A stretch of 63,015 bases of DNA, filler included, from Octopus bimaculoides (lineage: Eukaryota), in the NCBI RefSeq assembly GCF_001194135.2. It is 3 parts of 3 records of this genome, joined end to end, with 100 filler letters (N's around TTAATTAATTAA, not from the genome) between each part and the next. Parts side by side here need not be neighbours in the genome. Positions count along the whole stretch, not along the records: positions 1 to 29,795 come from NC_068985.1; 2 more parts are not named here. One strand, 5' to 3'. The position numbers were made by a program, and so were the translations under genes. This document shows positions 11,365 through 22,985 of the stretch, one piece after another (the stretch's first letter is position 1; every line of letters starts with the position of its first letter). The notes beneath the pieces are model-generated. The model did no database searches, was not told the origin of the DNA, and saw only the letters and a program-made list of their open reading frames with translations.

Positions 11365-11670
11365 TCTTTTGCTTGTTTTAGTCATTAGACTGTGACCAAG
11401 CTGGAGCACTGCTTTAAGGAATTTTTAGTTGAATGAACTGACCCCCGAATTTTTGTTTTTAAGCCCTGTACTTATGGGGATGTAAACACACCAACACTGG
11501 TCATTAAGCAGCAGAAGACAAACATACACACACACACACACAATGGCTTCTCTACCAAATTCATTCACAAGGCTTTGGTCACCCGAAACTACAGTATAAA
11601 ACACTTGCCCAAGGTGCCACAGTGGGATTGAACCCAGGACCATGTGGTTAGGAAGCAAGCTTCTTATCTC
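11365..11670 (-). mobile_element. Family A SINE, internally deleted
   Basis: Head and tail blocks present. Confidence 0.8.
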
Positions 11671-12121
11671 ACCTTTATCTTTTTTTGTGCATATTTAAGA
11701 TTAGTTTTGTTAGAATGGCTGGAATTCTTTAAAGCCAAATGACCTACCAATCACTGATTACTCAGCCTTGAAATATCAAGTGGAACTTAAGACCAGGTCA
11801 ATTTAAGACAACCGAATTATATCCTTGGCTCAGGATCATAACACAATGACCTTTTGTAGACAGATTTGGTCTTATGATTACATGTTTACCCTTCCAGCAC
11901 CTTAACCACCCAACAACCATGGTAGCCTTGTCAGGTAATATTTTCTATCTTTTTTTATCCGTTACCTGTTTCAGTCAGTAGACTGCAGCCATGCTGGGGC
12001 ACTGCCATGAAGAATTATGGTAGTTTGCTGTGTTTGACAAGAAACATCAAGCTAAATAAAATCATCGATTGTAGTTACAAATGTTGTGGTTACCGAAATA
12101 GCAATAATTGTAAAAGCTCAC

Positions 12122-12273
12122 CGTAGAATATTGCAGCTGATCTTCAACAGGTATATCAGTGGAGTGAGTCATGAGTTTGTAGACAGATAAGTAATTAGTC
12201 TCATAGCAACCAGCATCAGTAAGACCAGCAATTCCAGAAAGAGATGTGCCTTGGGTGTGATTTTCTTTGAAAT
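12122..12273 (-). CDS. SMYD4: SMYD4 exon: (D)FKENHTQG...GCYETNYLSVYKLMTHSTDIPVEDQLQYST
   Basis: AAAG acceptor, GTGAGC donor, 152 nt, phase 1/0; YxxVxxLxxH motif of SET-I region. Confidence 0.9.
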
Positions 12274-12540
12274 CTTTTAACAAATACATATATAGAGAAA
12301 CTAAAGTAAAATAAAGATATATTATGCACACACACACACACACATATGCATATATCAGGTCACACTCGAGTGTGGCTTGTAACTCAGAACTGCCTGTTTT
12401 GTTGTTGGGCCACTTGTGACTAAACGAGTAATGCTACCAAGCTTGGGTGATTTTGGACACCCAGTAGGATGTAAGACAAAACCTGTTAAAGGCTGGATGA
12501 CCTCAGGAGAGTCAACCATTATCAAATGACATTCTCCTCC

Positions 12541-13770
12541 TTCTTCAACGTCCGTTGTCCATGCTGGCAAGGGTGGAACAGTTTGACCAGTCCTGGCAAG
12601 CTGGAGAGCTACACCAGGTTCCAGTCTGATTTGGTTTGGGTTCTACAACAGGATGCCCTTCCTAATATCAATCAGTTAACAGAGTGTAATGGGTGCTTTT
12701 AAAAGGTACCTGCATGGGTGCATTTACGTGGCACCAGCATCAACAAGCCCACAAGATTAGGATCACCCAGCTCAAGAGGGATGAAGGGGACATGCCTGTG
12801 TGCAAGGACAATCATGATTTTATTTATCTTGATGTGCCTTGTCAAACACACCAAACCACCAAAAGCCTCGGTCCTTGTCATCCCCTCTGTGAGGTCCAGC
12901 ATCTGAAGATTCTTTCTCACCATTTCAAGCTCCATGTCTGTTTTGGCATGGTTTCAACAGCTGGATGCTCTTCCTAATACCAACCACTTTACAAAGTGTA
13001 TTGCAGGTGCTTCTTTACATAGCACCAGCACCTACAAGTCTGCAAGATTAGGGATGCTCAGCTGGAAAGGGTTGCAAGGGACAAGCCTGTATGCAAGAGC
13101 AACCATGCTTTTCCCTAGCTTGGTGTGTCTTTTCAAGCACAGCAAACCACCCAGTGTCCTGGTCCCCTCTCCTCCCCTCTCTCAGTCCCAACGTCTGTAG
13201 ATCCTTTCTCACCACTTCGTCCCATGTCTTCCTGGGTCTATCCCTTCCACATGTTCCCTCTACAATTAGAGATCAGCACCTCTTGATGCAACTGTCCTCA
13301 TTCATATGCATTACATGACCCAACCAGCACAGTCTTCTCTCTCACATTCTACACCTGAGGCCATGTATACCCAGTTTTCCCCTCAAATCACTTACACTCT
13401 CTCATATAAGCACACTGACATTATCCACCCAGTGAAGCCCATACAGGCTTCATTTCTTTCAAGCGTTTGCATATCCTCAATAGTCACAGACCATGTCTCA
13501 CTGCCATGCAGCATAGCTGTCCATACGCAGGCATCATACAGTCTGCCTTTCACTCTGAGGGAGAACTCCTTCATTACTAACAGACATAGAAACTCTCTGA
13601 ACTCCACCCAGCCTCTTCTTATTCTAGCATCTATGCTTTCGGAACAAACTCCACCACAACTAACTTGGTCACCTGAGTAACAGAAAATGTCTACTACTTC
13701 TAAGGAACCCTACCTAAAATTTGAGGGTGTCTGTTTTTTTGTACATTCATGGTGTTTAATATAACTGCAC
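12541..13770 (-). mobile_element. RTE LINE 3' fragment: ORF2 C-terminus (about 13090-13770) plus rearranged 3' UTR/family B segments
   Basis: EFREFLCLLVMKEFSLRVKGRLYDACVWTAMLHGSETW; homologous to 600-1200 and 24520-24730. Confidence 0.88.
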
Positions 13771-13821
13771 ATTTGCCACATGTAACGACTATTAAAGACT
13801 ATCTCCCCATGTGTACATATA

Positions 13822-14140
13822 TCATCATCATCATCATCGCTTAATGTCAGCCTTCCATGCTGGCATGGGTGGAATGGTTTGATAGGAGCTGGCTAGGCAG
13901 GAGACTGTACCAAACTTCAGTGTTTGTTTTGGCAGGATTTTTACGGCTGGATGCTCTTCCTAACACCAACCACTCAGCAGAGTGGACTGAGTGCTTTTTA
14001 TGTGGCACTAAGCACAGGCATGGTTAGTTTTGGCATGATTTTTACAGCTGGATGCCCTTCCAAATACCAACCACTTTATACTGTGGACTGGATGCTTTTG
14101 TATGGCACCAATACTGGCAGGGTCACCAATTAACTTGCAA
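13822..14140 (-). mobile_element. Family B element with an internally repeated block
   Basis: catcatcatcgcttaatgtc tail; ggatgc.cttcc.aa.accaacc block occurs twice. Confidence 0.8.
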
Positions 14141-14189
14141 AACCTTGCGAGATGAAAATCCTTTTAGAGGGGAAGGGACATTGGAGGAG

Positions 14190-14257
<68 letters not shown>

Positions 14258-14317
14258 TATATGAAGACATGGAGAGAGAGAGAAAGAGTTTTGAAGATAA
14301 TCAGTTTTATGTCTTAC

Positions 14318-14378
14318 CGAGGAGATACTGGAAGCCAGTGACCAAGATGATTCTCAGACTTAAGTGGGCAATACCAAC
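14318..14378 (-). CDS. SMYD4: SMYD4 exon: VGIAHLSLRIILVTGFQYLL
   Basis: TCTACAG acceptor, GTAAGA donor, 61 nt, phase 0/1; HxxLRxxLVxGF post-MYND helix. Confidence 0.9.
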
Positions 14379-15741
14379 CTGTAGAATTATTTTTAAAAAG
14401 TAACCTGTGATGTTTTAGTAGACAACTGTTGCACAGGTAAAGTGAAGAGAGGCATTTAACAATGCAGAATATGGAGAAAAATACATGTTCATTCAACATT
14501 TCAACTTCACTAAGCCTAAGCTTTGAATTGAGGATTAACAATAAGATGCAAATGGTAAGCAATAGAAATATGAAATGCAGAAACGCTTTGCACATTAAGG
14601 TTAGAATGATATTTTGATCTTACAATAAGTTTCCGACGTGTAAGAATCTGATGATGGCTGTTAATGGGATCAGTTGAAACACCCAAGGACTAAAATTTCT
14701 CTACAAAATTTGCTGCATTTATTGTATTTTGTATTTTTCTATTTTCTCTTTTACTTTGCTCTGTTGGTATTTGCTTCTTAGAATGGTAATAACTTGTTCC
14801 TATCAAGGGAGAGGATGTAAGAGGATGTTTAGGATTATCTCAAAAGCAATGAAATTAAATGAGTGCAATAGGAATTAACATCAGGTCAGGGTTTGCATGG
14901 CATTGAGGGTGGTAGAATTGGTAGAGCAACAGATAAAATGCCTTGTGGTATTTTGTCACATCCTTATACTCTGAGTTTTAATCCTAACAAAGTTAATTGT
15001 TTTGCATTCCTCTGGGGTTAATAAAATAATTTTTTATTGGTTTGGCCAGAATGAAAGAATAGATCCTAAAACCTTTTTAGGCCCTTTGAGACCAGTGAGG
15101 TAACATTCTGGGGATAAAGGCCAGTCCTTTGTGGTTAGTGAGGGCCATGGTATAGGTGAGTGGACACAATATGGAGGTCAAGAGGGAGAGAAATGAGTGA
15201 GAATCAATTACTGTGTCTGATTTAATTGATTGTGCGTTCCCTTAAAATTGTGAAGCCTTGTACCCATTATTAGGAATCATGATTTCTTAAGGGCAAGGGT
15301 AATTCTTTGGAAAAATATCAACTTTGTCTGGTGCCTCCCACCCAAGTCCTACATTAACGGACCCATTGATACTTTGGTATCTGCTGGAAGATTTGTGTAC
15401 GAGGAGAGTTTTCTGAAAGGTAATCAGAAGAACATACAACGAGGTTTTCTTGGTGGGAGTAATTAGAATAAATTGTTATTTTAGGAAATAACTTACACAA
15501 AAAATACGTAAACAAAGATAAATGTAGGATGATGCTAAAAGTAAGATGTTTAACGTGGAGAGGCATTGAAACAAAGGAAATGAATCGATGGTTTTGAAAG
15601 GCAAGTTACTTGCAGGAGAAGACTTGAAGAAATATACTTTTGCAAAGGTATTTTATGAATGCAATTCAGAAAGGTTCCTTTAAGATTTGTAAATGGAGAC
15701 ATTTTTGAGAGGAACTATACAAGAAATGTTTTATTTTTATG

Positions 15742-15995
15742 TGCTGGTGGCATGTAGAAAGCACCATTTGAGTATGGTTGATGCCAGTTTCACCTGACTG
15801 GCTCCCATCCTGGTGGCACATAAAAGCACCCACTACACTCTTGGAGTGGTTGGCGTTAGGAAGGACATCCAGCGGTAGAAACTTTGCCAGATCAGATTGG
15901 AGCCTGGGGCAGCCTCCTGGCTTGCTGGTCCTCAGTCAAACCATCCAATCCATGCCAGCATGGAAAGCAGATGTTAAACGACGATGATGATGATG
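15742..15995 (+). mobile_element. Family B element
   Basis: Same blocks as 10105-10292, (GAT)n tail. Confidence 0.85.
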
Positions 15996-16035
15996 ACGAA
16001 AGATATCAAAGGAAAAAATATACATAATAACTTAC

Positions 16036-16141
16036 GGAATGCAATAATTTCAGAAAAGAACATTCTACATAATGACAGGACGACCAATCTTGTTGACGGC
16101 ACAAACGGCTACAGTAAAGGACATTACAGCATCTTTGACAG
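16036..16141 (-). CDS. SMYD4: SMYD4 MYND exon: CQRCCNVLYCSRLCRQQDWSSCHYVECSFLKLLHS
   Basis: TTTCCAG acceptor, GTAAGT donor, 106 nt, phase 2/0; completes MYND ligands CxxC, Cx3C, Hx3C. Confidence 0.95.
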
Positions 16142-16269
16142 CTGGAAAGAGCATAAAAGAAGAAAGATGAATGAAATTATAATGTACAGAATAATAATTT
16201 TCATTTTCCAGACTTATCAATATATACAATGTGTGAAAATATAATAAAACAGACTACTTACAAGATGGG

Positions 16270-16890
16270 CATAGGTTCAATACTTATGTTGACTTCAAAA
16301 CACAGATCACTGATTGATGTTAGTGTAGCAGTGGTTTGAAAGTGAATCTCTGGATATGCAGTCAGACACCATGAGCAAAGTGCAATAGTTTCATGTGATT
16401 GGTCTATTAAGCAGCCAATCAGCATCAAACCATCAAATAATCCACTCTTCTAGAACTTTCTGCTTGTGCCCTATAGAAAGCCACTTGTGGCATCAAAACT
16501 TTTAGCAGAGCATTGAAACCAGCTGACTCATTCACATGTCTCACTTTTTACCAGGCAGAAAGTTGGGGAAGCTGCATGTTGGGTCTCCATTCTTGCCATC
16601 TCCAGCCAGTTAAGACAGATGGCTGACAATACACAGAGGAATTTTCATCTCCACAAATATAATGCAATTATTTTCCAGTTGTGATGGGCCAGCCACAGAT
16701 TGCTAAATCAGTAAGTTTGTCATAAGCTCCAAGCAGTATGTCTTCCCCTAGTATTTAATTATTATTGTAATTATTTGTAAAAGACCAACACAATTAAAAC
16801 ACTATGCGCAATAAAATCTTCTGTTAAATGTTTTCAGGTGTTGTTTAGTTATTTCTTCATGCAGCCTGAGAAATACATTTTCATTCAGCA
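16270..16890. repeat. Old interspersed repeat, copy 2 (lacks the MITE)
   Basis: Collinear with 4140-4805. Confidence 0.75.
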
Positions 16891-16989
16891 ACTCAACTAG
16901 TCATCACTTCAGACCAGCCAACAACATGACATTAGTTTAAATAACTGAAGAATGGTACCATCTTCACTATGGAACAGGAACTACTCCTC

Positions 16990-17345
16990 CTCGTTGTTGT
17001 TGTTTAACATCTGTTTTCCATGCTGGCATGGGTTGGACGGTTCAACTGGGGTCTGCGAAGCCAGGTGGGTGCACCAGGTTCCAGTCTGATCTGGCAATGT
17101 TTCTACAGCTGGATGCCCTTCCTAATGCCAACCACTCCGAGAGTGTAGTGGGTGCTTTTTATGTGCTGCCGGCATGGGAGCCAGTCAGGCGGCACTGGCA
17201 TCAGTCACGTTTGGATGGTGCTTTTTATGTGCCACTGGCACAGGAGCCAGAATTGGTATTGGTCACATTTGGACGGTGCTTTTTACGTGTTACTGGCACA
17301 GAAGCCAGTCAGGGCAGGGGAGGGGTTGATTTTACATCATCATCA
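16990..17345 (-). mobile_element. Family B element
   Basis: Reverse-complement tail tttaacatctgttttccatgctggcatgggttgga. Confidence 0.85.
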
Positions 17346-17767
17346 TCATCATCATTCTAATAATTCATTTTTTTCACTGAGGCAGACAAACCCAAGTTTC
17401 CATTGAAAGTTTTTATTCCTTGCTTCATGGAAGGTCAGAAGGAAGGTCATTCAGTGCAAACTACTTCGATGAGTGGTTTATAGGGTCCTTTTGCTAAGAC
17501 ACAAGAAGTGCATTCGACACATGCAGACACTGAGGAATGGATTATTTATATCTTTCTGATATTCCGCCTTGATGATGATGATGATGATGATGACAATGAT
17601 GATGCAGCAGCAGTGGAGGTAATGTTACTGGTGATGATGATGATGATGATGATGATAATGGCAAGTGATAAAAGAAGAAAGCTGTTATGAAGACTGATAA
17701 TAAAGAAGGAACAGAGAAAGCAAAGTAGAGAGAAAATATTGAAGATGGTGTCAAGAATGGTACTTAC

Positions 17768-17892
17768 GGTAGAGGAGAAACTAATTCATCAAAACAGTAA
17801 TTACAATGAGATAAATAGTAGTCTGGTAGGAGGATAGCAGCATACGGCTTCTCAACGATAAGGACATCTCCTGCTTTGAGAGGGTGTTTAGC
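17768..17892 (-). CDS. SMYD4: SMYD4 exon, SET-N + first MYND CxxC: AKHPLKAGDVLIVEKPYAAILLPDYYLSHCNYCFDELVSPL(P)
   Basis: TTTTCAG acceptor, GTAAGT donor, 125 nt, phase 0/2; GDVLIVEKPY is a SMYD-family motif. Confidence 0.95.
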
Positions 17893-18149
17893 CTGAAAAT
17901 ATTGAGAAACATCAAAAACAGTTGCAGTGAACAAGTAAATATTTAGACATATATATACAATGTATGTATATATAGCATAGAGAAAGGATGTTAAACAATG
18001 ATGATGATATTACGTATTCAAGGAGTGGTTGTAATTTATTTACTGATACGGTTGTACGTAGGGTAAATGTGTTTGAAAGTTGTGGCTTCTTTGGTTTGTT
18101 GGTTCTCAAACAACACTTATTTTAGTGCTGTTGACATGACCGGATTGAG

Positions 18150-18262
18150 AAACTTTGCCAGATCAGATTGGAGCCTGGTGCAGCCTTCTGGCTTACCAGT
18201 CCTCAGTCAAACTGTCCAACCCATGCCAGCATGGAAAGCAGATGTTAAACGATGATGATGAT
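18150..18262 (+). mobile_element. Family B 3' fragment
   Basis: gaaactttgccagatcagattggagcc...gatgttaaacgatgatg. Confidence 0.85.
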
Positions 18263-18264
18263 GA

Positions 18265-18560
18265 ATGCCAGTGTATTTTTGTAACACAATGGCATACATG
18301 TACTGCAGCTGTTCGGAGTGCAGGTTGGCATCGATGGTTCGACTGTGTGGAATGACCTCGTAGTGGATTATCCCCTCATAATTCCACCAGACACAGAGCA
18401 TCACCTTGTGTTCGAAAGACCCATGTTTGGCAACAGGTTCCAGAAGCCGGCCCCTTGCTTAATCACAGCTTATGCATGTCAGGGTTACAGAAAACTATCC
18501 CCCTTGGATTATTACTCGTTCCCTTCTATGGCTCCTGCTGCTTACAATGCTTCATCAACC
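18265..18560 (-). mobile_element. Mariner (DD34D-type) transposase central fragment
   Basis: EPVAKHGSFEHKVMLCVWWNYEGIIHYEVIPHSRTIDANLHSEQLQ; KVMLCVWW is a mariner hallmark. Confidence 0.82.
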
Positions 18561-18726
18561 AAACGTAGGAGGAAACTTCACTGAAGGAATTCTTTATCTT
18601 GAAAGACAAGAACTGGTATCAACATGGAATCAAAGAACTGTGTTGTAAAGCAGTCTTTTACCACTTTTGTATCTGTCTTTTGACGATGGTTGTTGCTCTG
18701 ACAGATATTGTTATATTCCAAAGTCA

Positions 18727-18868
18727 TGGCGTTAGGAAGGGCATCCAGCTGTAGAAACTCTGCCAAATCAGATTGGAGCCTGGTGTAGCCATCTGGTTTC
18801 ACCAGTCCTCAGTCAAATCGTCCAACCCATGCTAGCATGGAATGCGGACGATGATGATGATGATGATG
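18727..18868 (+). mobile_element. Family B 3' fragment, low divergence
   Basis: ggcgttaggaagggcatccagctgtagaaactctgccaaatcag...cggacgatgatg. Confidence 0.88.
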
Positions 18869-19310
18869 AATAGAATGTTTCTACCTGGCACTGTCCAACC
18901 CCCAGTCATACAGTGTTATTATCCTCACAAGGTTGGATCGTTGTAATGTCCACTCAGTATCTCAGTATGACTTACTATATCAGCACAGACACGACTATCA
19001 ACACAGTCTACACCTACTCTCGACCTTCTCCCCTTCTACTGTCGACTGGCTACTGGTCTATTCATAATGGCTGGCTACTACCACTTTTTACCGGGAGGGG
19101 TGTACTGTTTCACTATACAACAAACTGGCAGAAAGGTGGCCTCAGACAGTGCAACAGAATGGCCTCCACTTTGATTGCTTTTGTAGTAACTTGACAAATA
19201 AAGCAATTATGTTACCAAAATATTGCAAAACTTTTGACTCGAATGCTATATGAAGAAACACACACTGATTAACTAAGCAAAATGAGTCATTGATTGATTA
19301 ACTAAGCAAA

Positions 19311-19563
19311 ATGGTGTAGTGGTTAAGAGTGTGGACTACTAACCCCAAGATTCCAAATTCGATTCCAGGCAGTGACCTGAATAATAATAATGATAATAAA
19401 AACATCTAAAAATACCTTAGGAATGAAAACCCAGGATCGAAATTTCCCCAAGACACCTGATGAAGGCTGGAGGGTATATCAGCCGAAACGTTGTATTAAC
19501 AAACAAGATGAGGACAAATGTAAATAATGTAAATAATTCCTCATCTCTTAAATATATAACTGA
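19311..19563 (+). mobile_element. tRNA-headed SINE-like element whose 3' part carries a hammerhead-ribozyme-like motif
   Basis: A box TGGTGTAGTGG, B box AATTCGATTCC, (AAT)n spacer, then GACAC CTGATGA A GGCTG(N10)CAGCC GAAA CG TT GTATT. Confidence 0.8.
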
Positions 19564-19755
19564 GACATTAATTGATTAACTATGTGAAATGAGTCATTAA
19601 TTGAATTATTGAGGAAAATAGTTTATACTGAAGCAGAGAATAATTTTTTGCCGGTAACATGTACTTTAAATTATGAAAATTTCTAACAGATACCACTAAA
19701 TTATCTGCTGAAACAGAATTCCTGAAACAAATGACAAAGTTATTCCTGGACTTAC

Positions 19756-19918
19756 TCGAAGATGTCGGCCTAAACTGCTATTGTCATGGAGTTCAACAGC
19801 ACTGGATGCACAAGTAACGACAGAATTGGTGCCATAACTAACTTTGGTACAGGGTTCCAAGACATTGTTAGTGTCAAGCAGATGAGTTGAGGTGATATCA
19901 TTTGTTAATTCCAGTTCA
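19756..19918 (-). CDS. SMYD4: SMYD4 exon, start of SET-N: ELELTND...TCASSAVELHDNSSLGRHLR
   Basis: TTTTATAG acceptor, GTAAGT donor, 163 nt, phase 2/0; ASSAVEL...GRHL motif. Confidence 0.9.
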
Positions 19919-20224
19919 CTATAAAATAAAGAAAATTAATTCTGTTGATTAANNNNNNNNNNNNNNNNNNNNNNNNNNNNNNNNNNNNNNNNNNNNNNNN
20001 NNNNNNNNNNNNNNNNNNNNNNNNNNNNNNNNNNNNNNNNNNNNNAGTTTTCTTCGACGTGGTTTGTTGGTATTATGGCTTAGCTTCAAATCAACCCTGA
20101 CTGAACAAAATTAGGGTCAGCCCTTTTGCATTCAGATTCTTCCCTCAAATGTAGTAATGCCAGTTCATTTGCATTGGTTCCAAGTAATCACGGATTTAAC
20201 TCACAGCTTCAAGAGTTTGATGTG

Positions 20225-20810
20225 ATTCTTTTACTTGTCTCAGGCATTTGACTGCAGCCATGCTGGAGCACCACCTTTAGTCAAACAAATTGACCCCAGG
20301 GTCGATTGTAAGCCTAGTACTTATTCTATTGGTCTCTTTTGCTGAACCAATAAGCTACGGGGACATAAACACACCAACATCGGTTGTCAAGTGATGTTGT
20401 GGGAATAAACACAGACACATACAAATATACATATATACAACAGGTTTTTTTTCGGTTTCCGTCTGCCAAATCCACTCACAAGGCTTTGGTTGGCCCGAGG
20501 CTATAGTAGAAGACACTTGCTCAAGGTGCCAAACAGTGAGACTGAACACGGAACCATGTGGTTAGGAAGCAAGCTTCTTATTTCTTTATTGCCCACAAGG
20601 GGCTAAACATAGAGGGGATAAACAAGGACAGACAAAGGGATTAAGTCGATTGCATCAACCCCAGTGCGTAACTGGTACTTTATTTATCAACCCCGAAAGG
20701 ATGATAGGCAAAGTTGACCTTGGGGGAATTTGAACTCAGAACGCAATGGCAGACGAAATACCGCTAACCATTTCACCCAGCATGCTAACAATTCTGCCAG
20801 CTCACTGCCT
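20225..20810 (-). mobile_element. Family A SINE (20225-20580) abutting a family C SINE (20585-20810)
   Basis: Block homology to other copies. Confidence 0.85.
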
Positions 20811-21059
20811 TAGAATGACATTGTAAGGTAGGTGTGAGGGATCAGATCTAGACTTAAACAGGTGGAATATTTGGGTTGGGTATGGATAGTTTGAATGCTA
20901 AGGGGTTAAATGTATTCCATCAGTGACTCTTCCATCTCTTTTCCAGGCACCGTGTATCTTGGACAACATTATTCAATATAGGATTCCTTTCCTAAACGAT
21001 CAGGATGTTATTCAAAGAATATTTATTTGATATTAATGGTGCCAAGTATCTTCTCTATA

Positions 21060-21480
21060 GTTAGACACCTGTCTCTATTCCTCTGTTGTATCTCTCAACC
21101 GACACAAAGCCGCCTTCCTCAGAACCACTCCCTCTCTCAGCCAAGGGGTCTTTGTCTTGCTAGTTACTTGGCAACCCTGCTGGTGCTGGTGCCACATAAA
21201 AAGCACTCAGTCCACCCTGTAAAGTGGTTGACATTAAGAAAGGGCATCCAGCTGTAGGAACCATGCCGAAACAGACCATGGAACCTGGTGCAGATCCTGG
21301 CATTGCAAGTCCCTATCAAACCATCCAACCCATTCCAGCATGGAAAAACAAACATTAAATGATGATGATGATGGTGATGGTGGTGATGTTGATGGTTTTC
21401 ATGATGACGATGGTGATGATGGTGATGGTGATGATGATGATGTTGATGGTCTTCATGATGATGATGGTGATGATGACGAC
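21060..21480 (+). mobile_element. Family B element with an expanded (GAT/GGT)n tail
   Basis: aagggcatccagctgtagga...ccatccaaccc followed by about 120 bp of GAT/GGT repeats. Confidence 0.8.
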
Positions 21481-21718
21481 GATTAGTGTCGAGAGGTTCT
21501 GAGTTTGTCTGTGGTGATGGAGTTTTAGACATTGGTTTTCATTCCTTGCCAGAATAGTTTTGGACCCAATCAATACATCATTCCATGTTAATAACTTTAA
21601 AGACAAAATTGTATGTGCTTCCCCATAGACACAGGCATTCTTTCAAACTCGTTAAAACTTATACAACTTCACTTATGATTCGTAAACATTCCAGAAATTT
21701 GCAAATTCTCCTACTTAC

Positions 21719-21770
21719 AATTTTGTTTCTACTTTCTTCAGCCATTTTCCAAAATCAGACAATAAACTTT
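21719..21770 (-). CDS. SMYD4: SMYD4 linker exon: (E)SLLSDFGKWLKKVETK(F)
   Basis: Long polypyrimidine tract + AACAG, GTAAGT donor, 52 nt; only one open frame, and its phase (1/2) fits both neighbours. Confidence 0.75.
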
Positions 21771-21918
21771 CTGTTAAGAAAGAAAAAAAATTAGTAAATA
21801 CATTGAAGACAAGAAAGACAAATGAAAGAATGAAGATAATTGAATAACAAAAGAGAAAAAGAAGGAAAGTTAGAGAAAAAATAAAGAACTAACGAAAGAA
21901 AAGATGAAAATTATATAA

Positions 21919-21956
<38 letters not shown>

Positions 21957-22327
21957 GCATAGTACTACATACAACTATCTCTTGAAGTAAGAAAGAACTC
22001 AATTCATTTGTAGAGTATGAATATTTTGGTGGGTATCATAAGGTTGAATGCTTCACAGTACCTTGTGGTTATATTTCCATCCTGTACAAAACTACAAGTT
22101 ATTATTGTGAAACACTGAACTTCTCAGTGCCCACAATAAAATATACATTTATTTTATTTATCATTTTTCCTTTCCTTTGATTAGCCTTATGTCTTTCTTT
22201 TGATTAGCTCTACATCATGATATCAAGCACTACTATCACATTAAAATTCATCTATTCATAAGATTTGGCAAGACTGAATATTTACTTGCTTCATAATTCA
22301 TCAATATTTATTCTCTAAGAGAATATG

Positions 22328-22985
22328 TCATCGTCATCAACATCATCATTGTTTAACGTCTGCTTTCCATGCTAGCATGGGTTGGATGATTTGAATGAGG
22401 ACCGGCGAACCAGATGGCTGCACCAGGCTCCAATCTGATCTGGCAATGTTTCTACAGCTGGATGCCCTTCCTAACACCAACCACTCCGAGAGTGTTGTGG
22501 GTGCTTTCACATGTCCCTGGCATGAGGTCTAGTCAGGCGGTACTGGCAACGGCCATGTTCAAGTGGTGTTTTTTTACATGCCACCTGCACAAGAGCCAGT
22601 CCAGCGGCACTAGCAACGACCTCGACCGAATGTTTTTTTACGTGCTGCCGGCACAAGTGTCAGTAAGGCGACGCTGGTAATGAACACATTCGAATGGTGC
22701 TCTTTATGTGCCATCGGCACGGAAGCCAGTCAGCTGCTCTAGCAGCGATCACACTTGGATGGTGCTGTTAGCGCTCCACTGGCACGGGTGCCAGTCATCA
22801 AATTTGTGAATTTAATTTGATTTTGATTTCACTTGCCTCAACAGGGTCTTCGCAAGCAGAGTTTAGTGTCCAATGAAGGAAAGGTACGCATAAGTGGACT
22901 GGTTACACCCCTGGCATAGGCCACGGGTTATGGTCTCACTTAGTTTGCCGGGTCTTCTCACACACAGCATATTTCCAAAGGAAAT
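22328..22985 (-). mobile_element. RTE 3' UTR / long family B copy
   Basis: Tail at 22350; upstream cgcaagcagagtt/ggtctcacttag blocks match sequence next to the RTE ORF2 end at 490-590. Confidence 0.85.
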
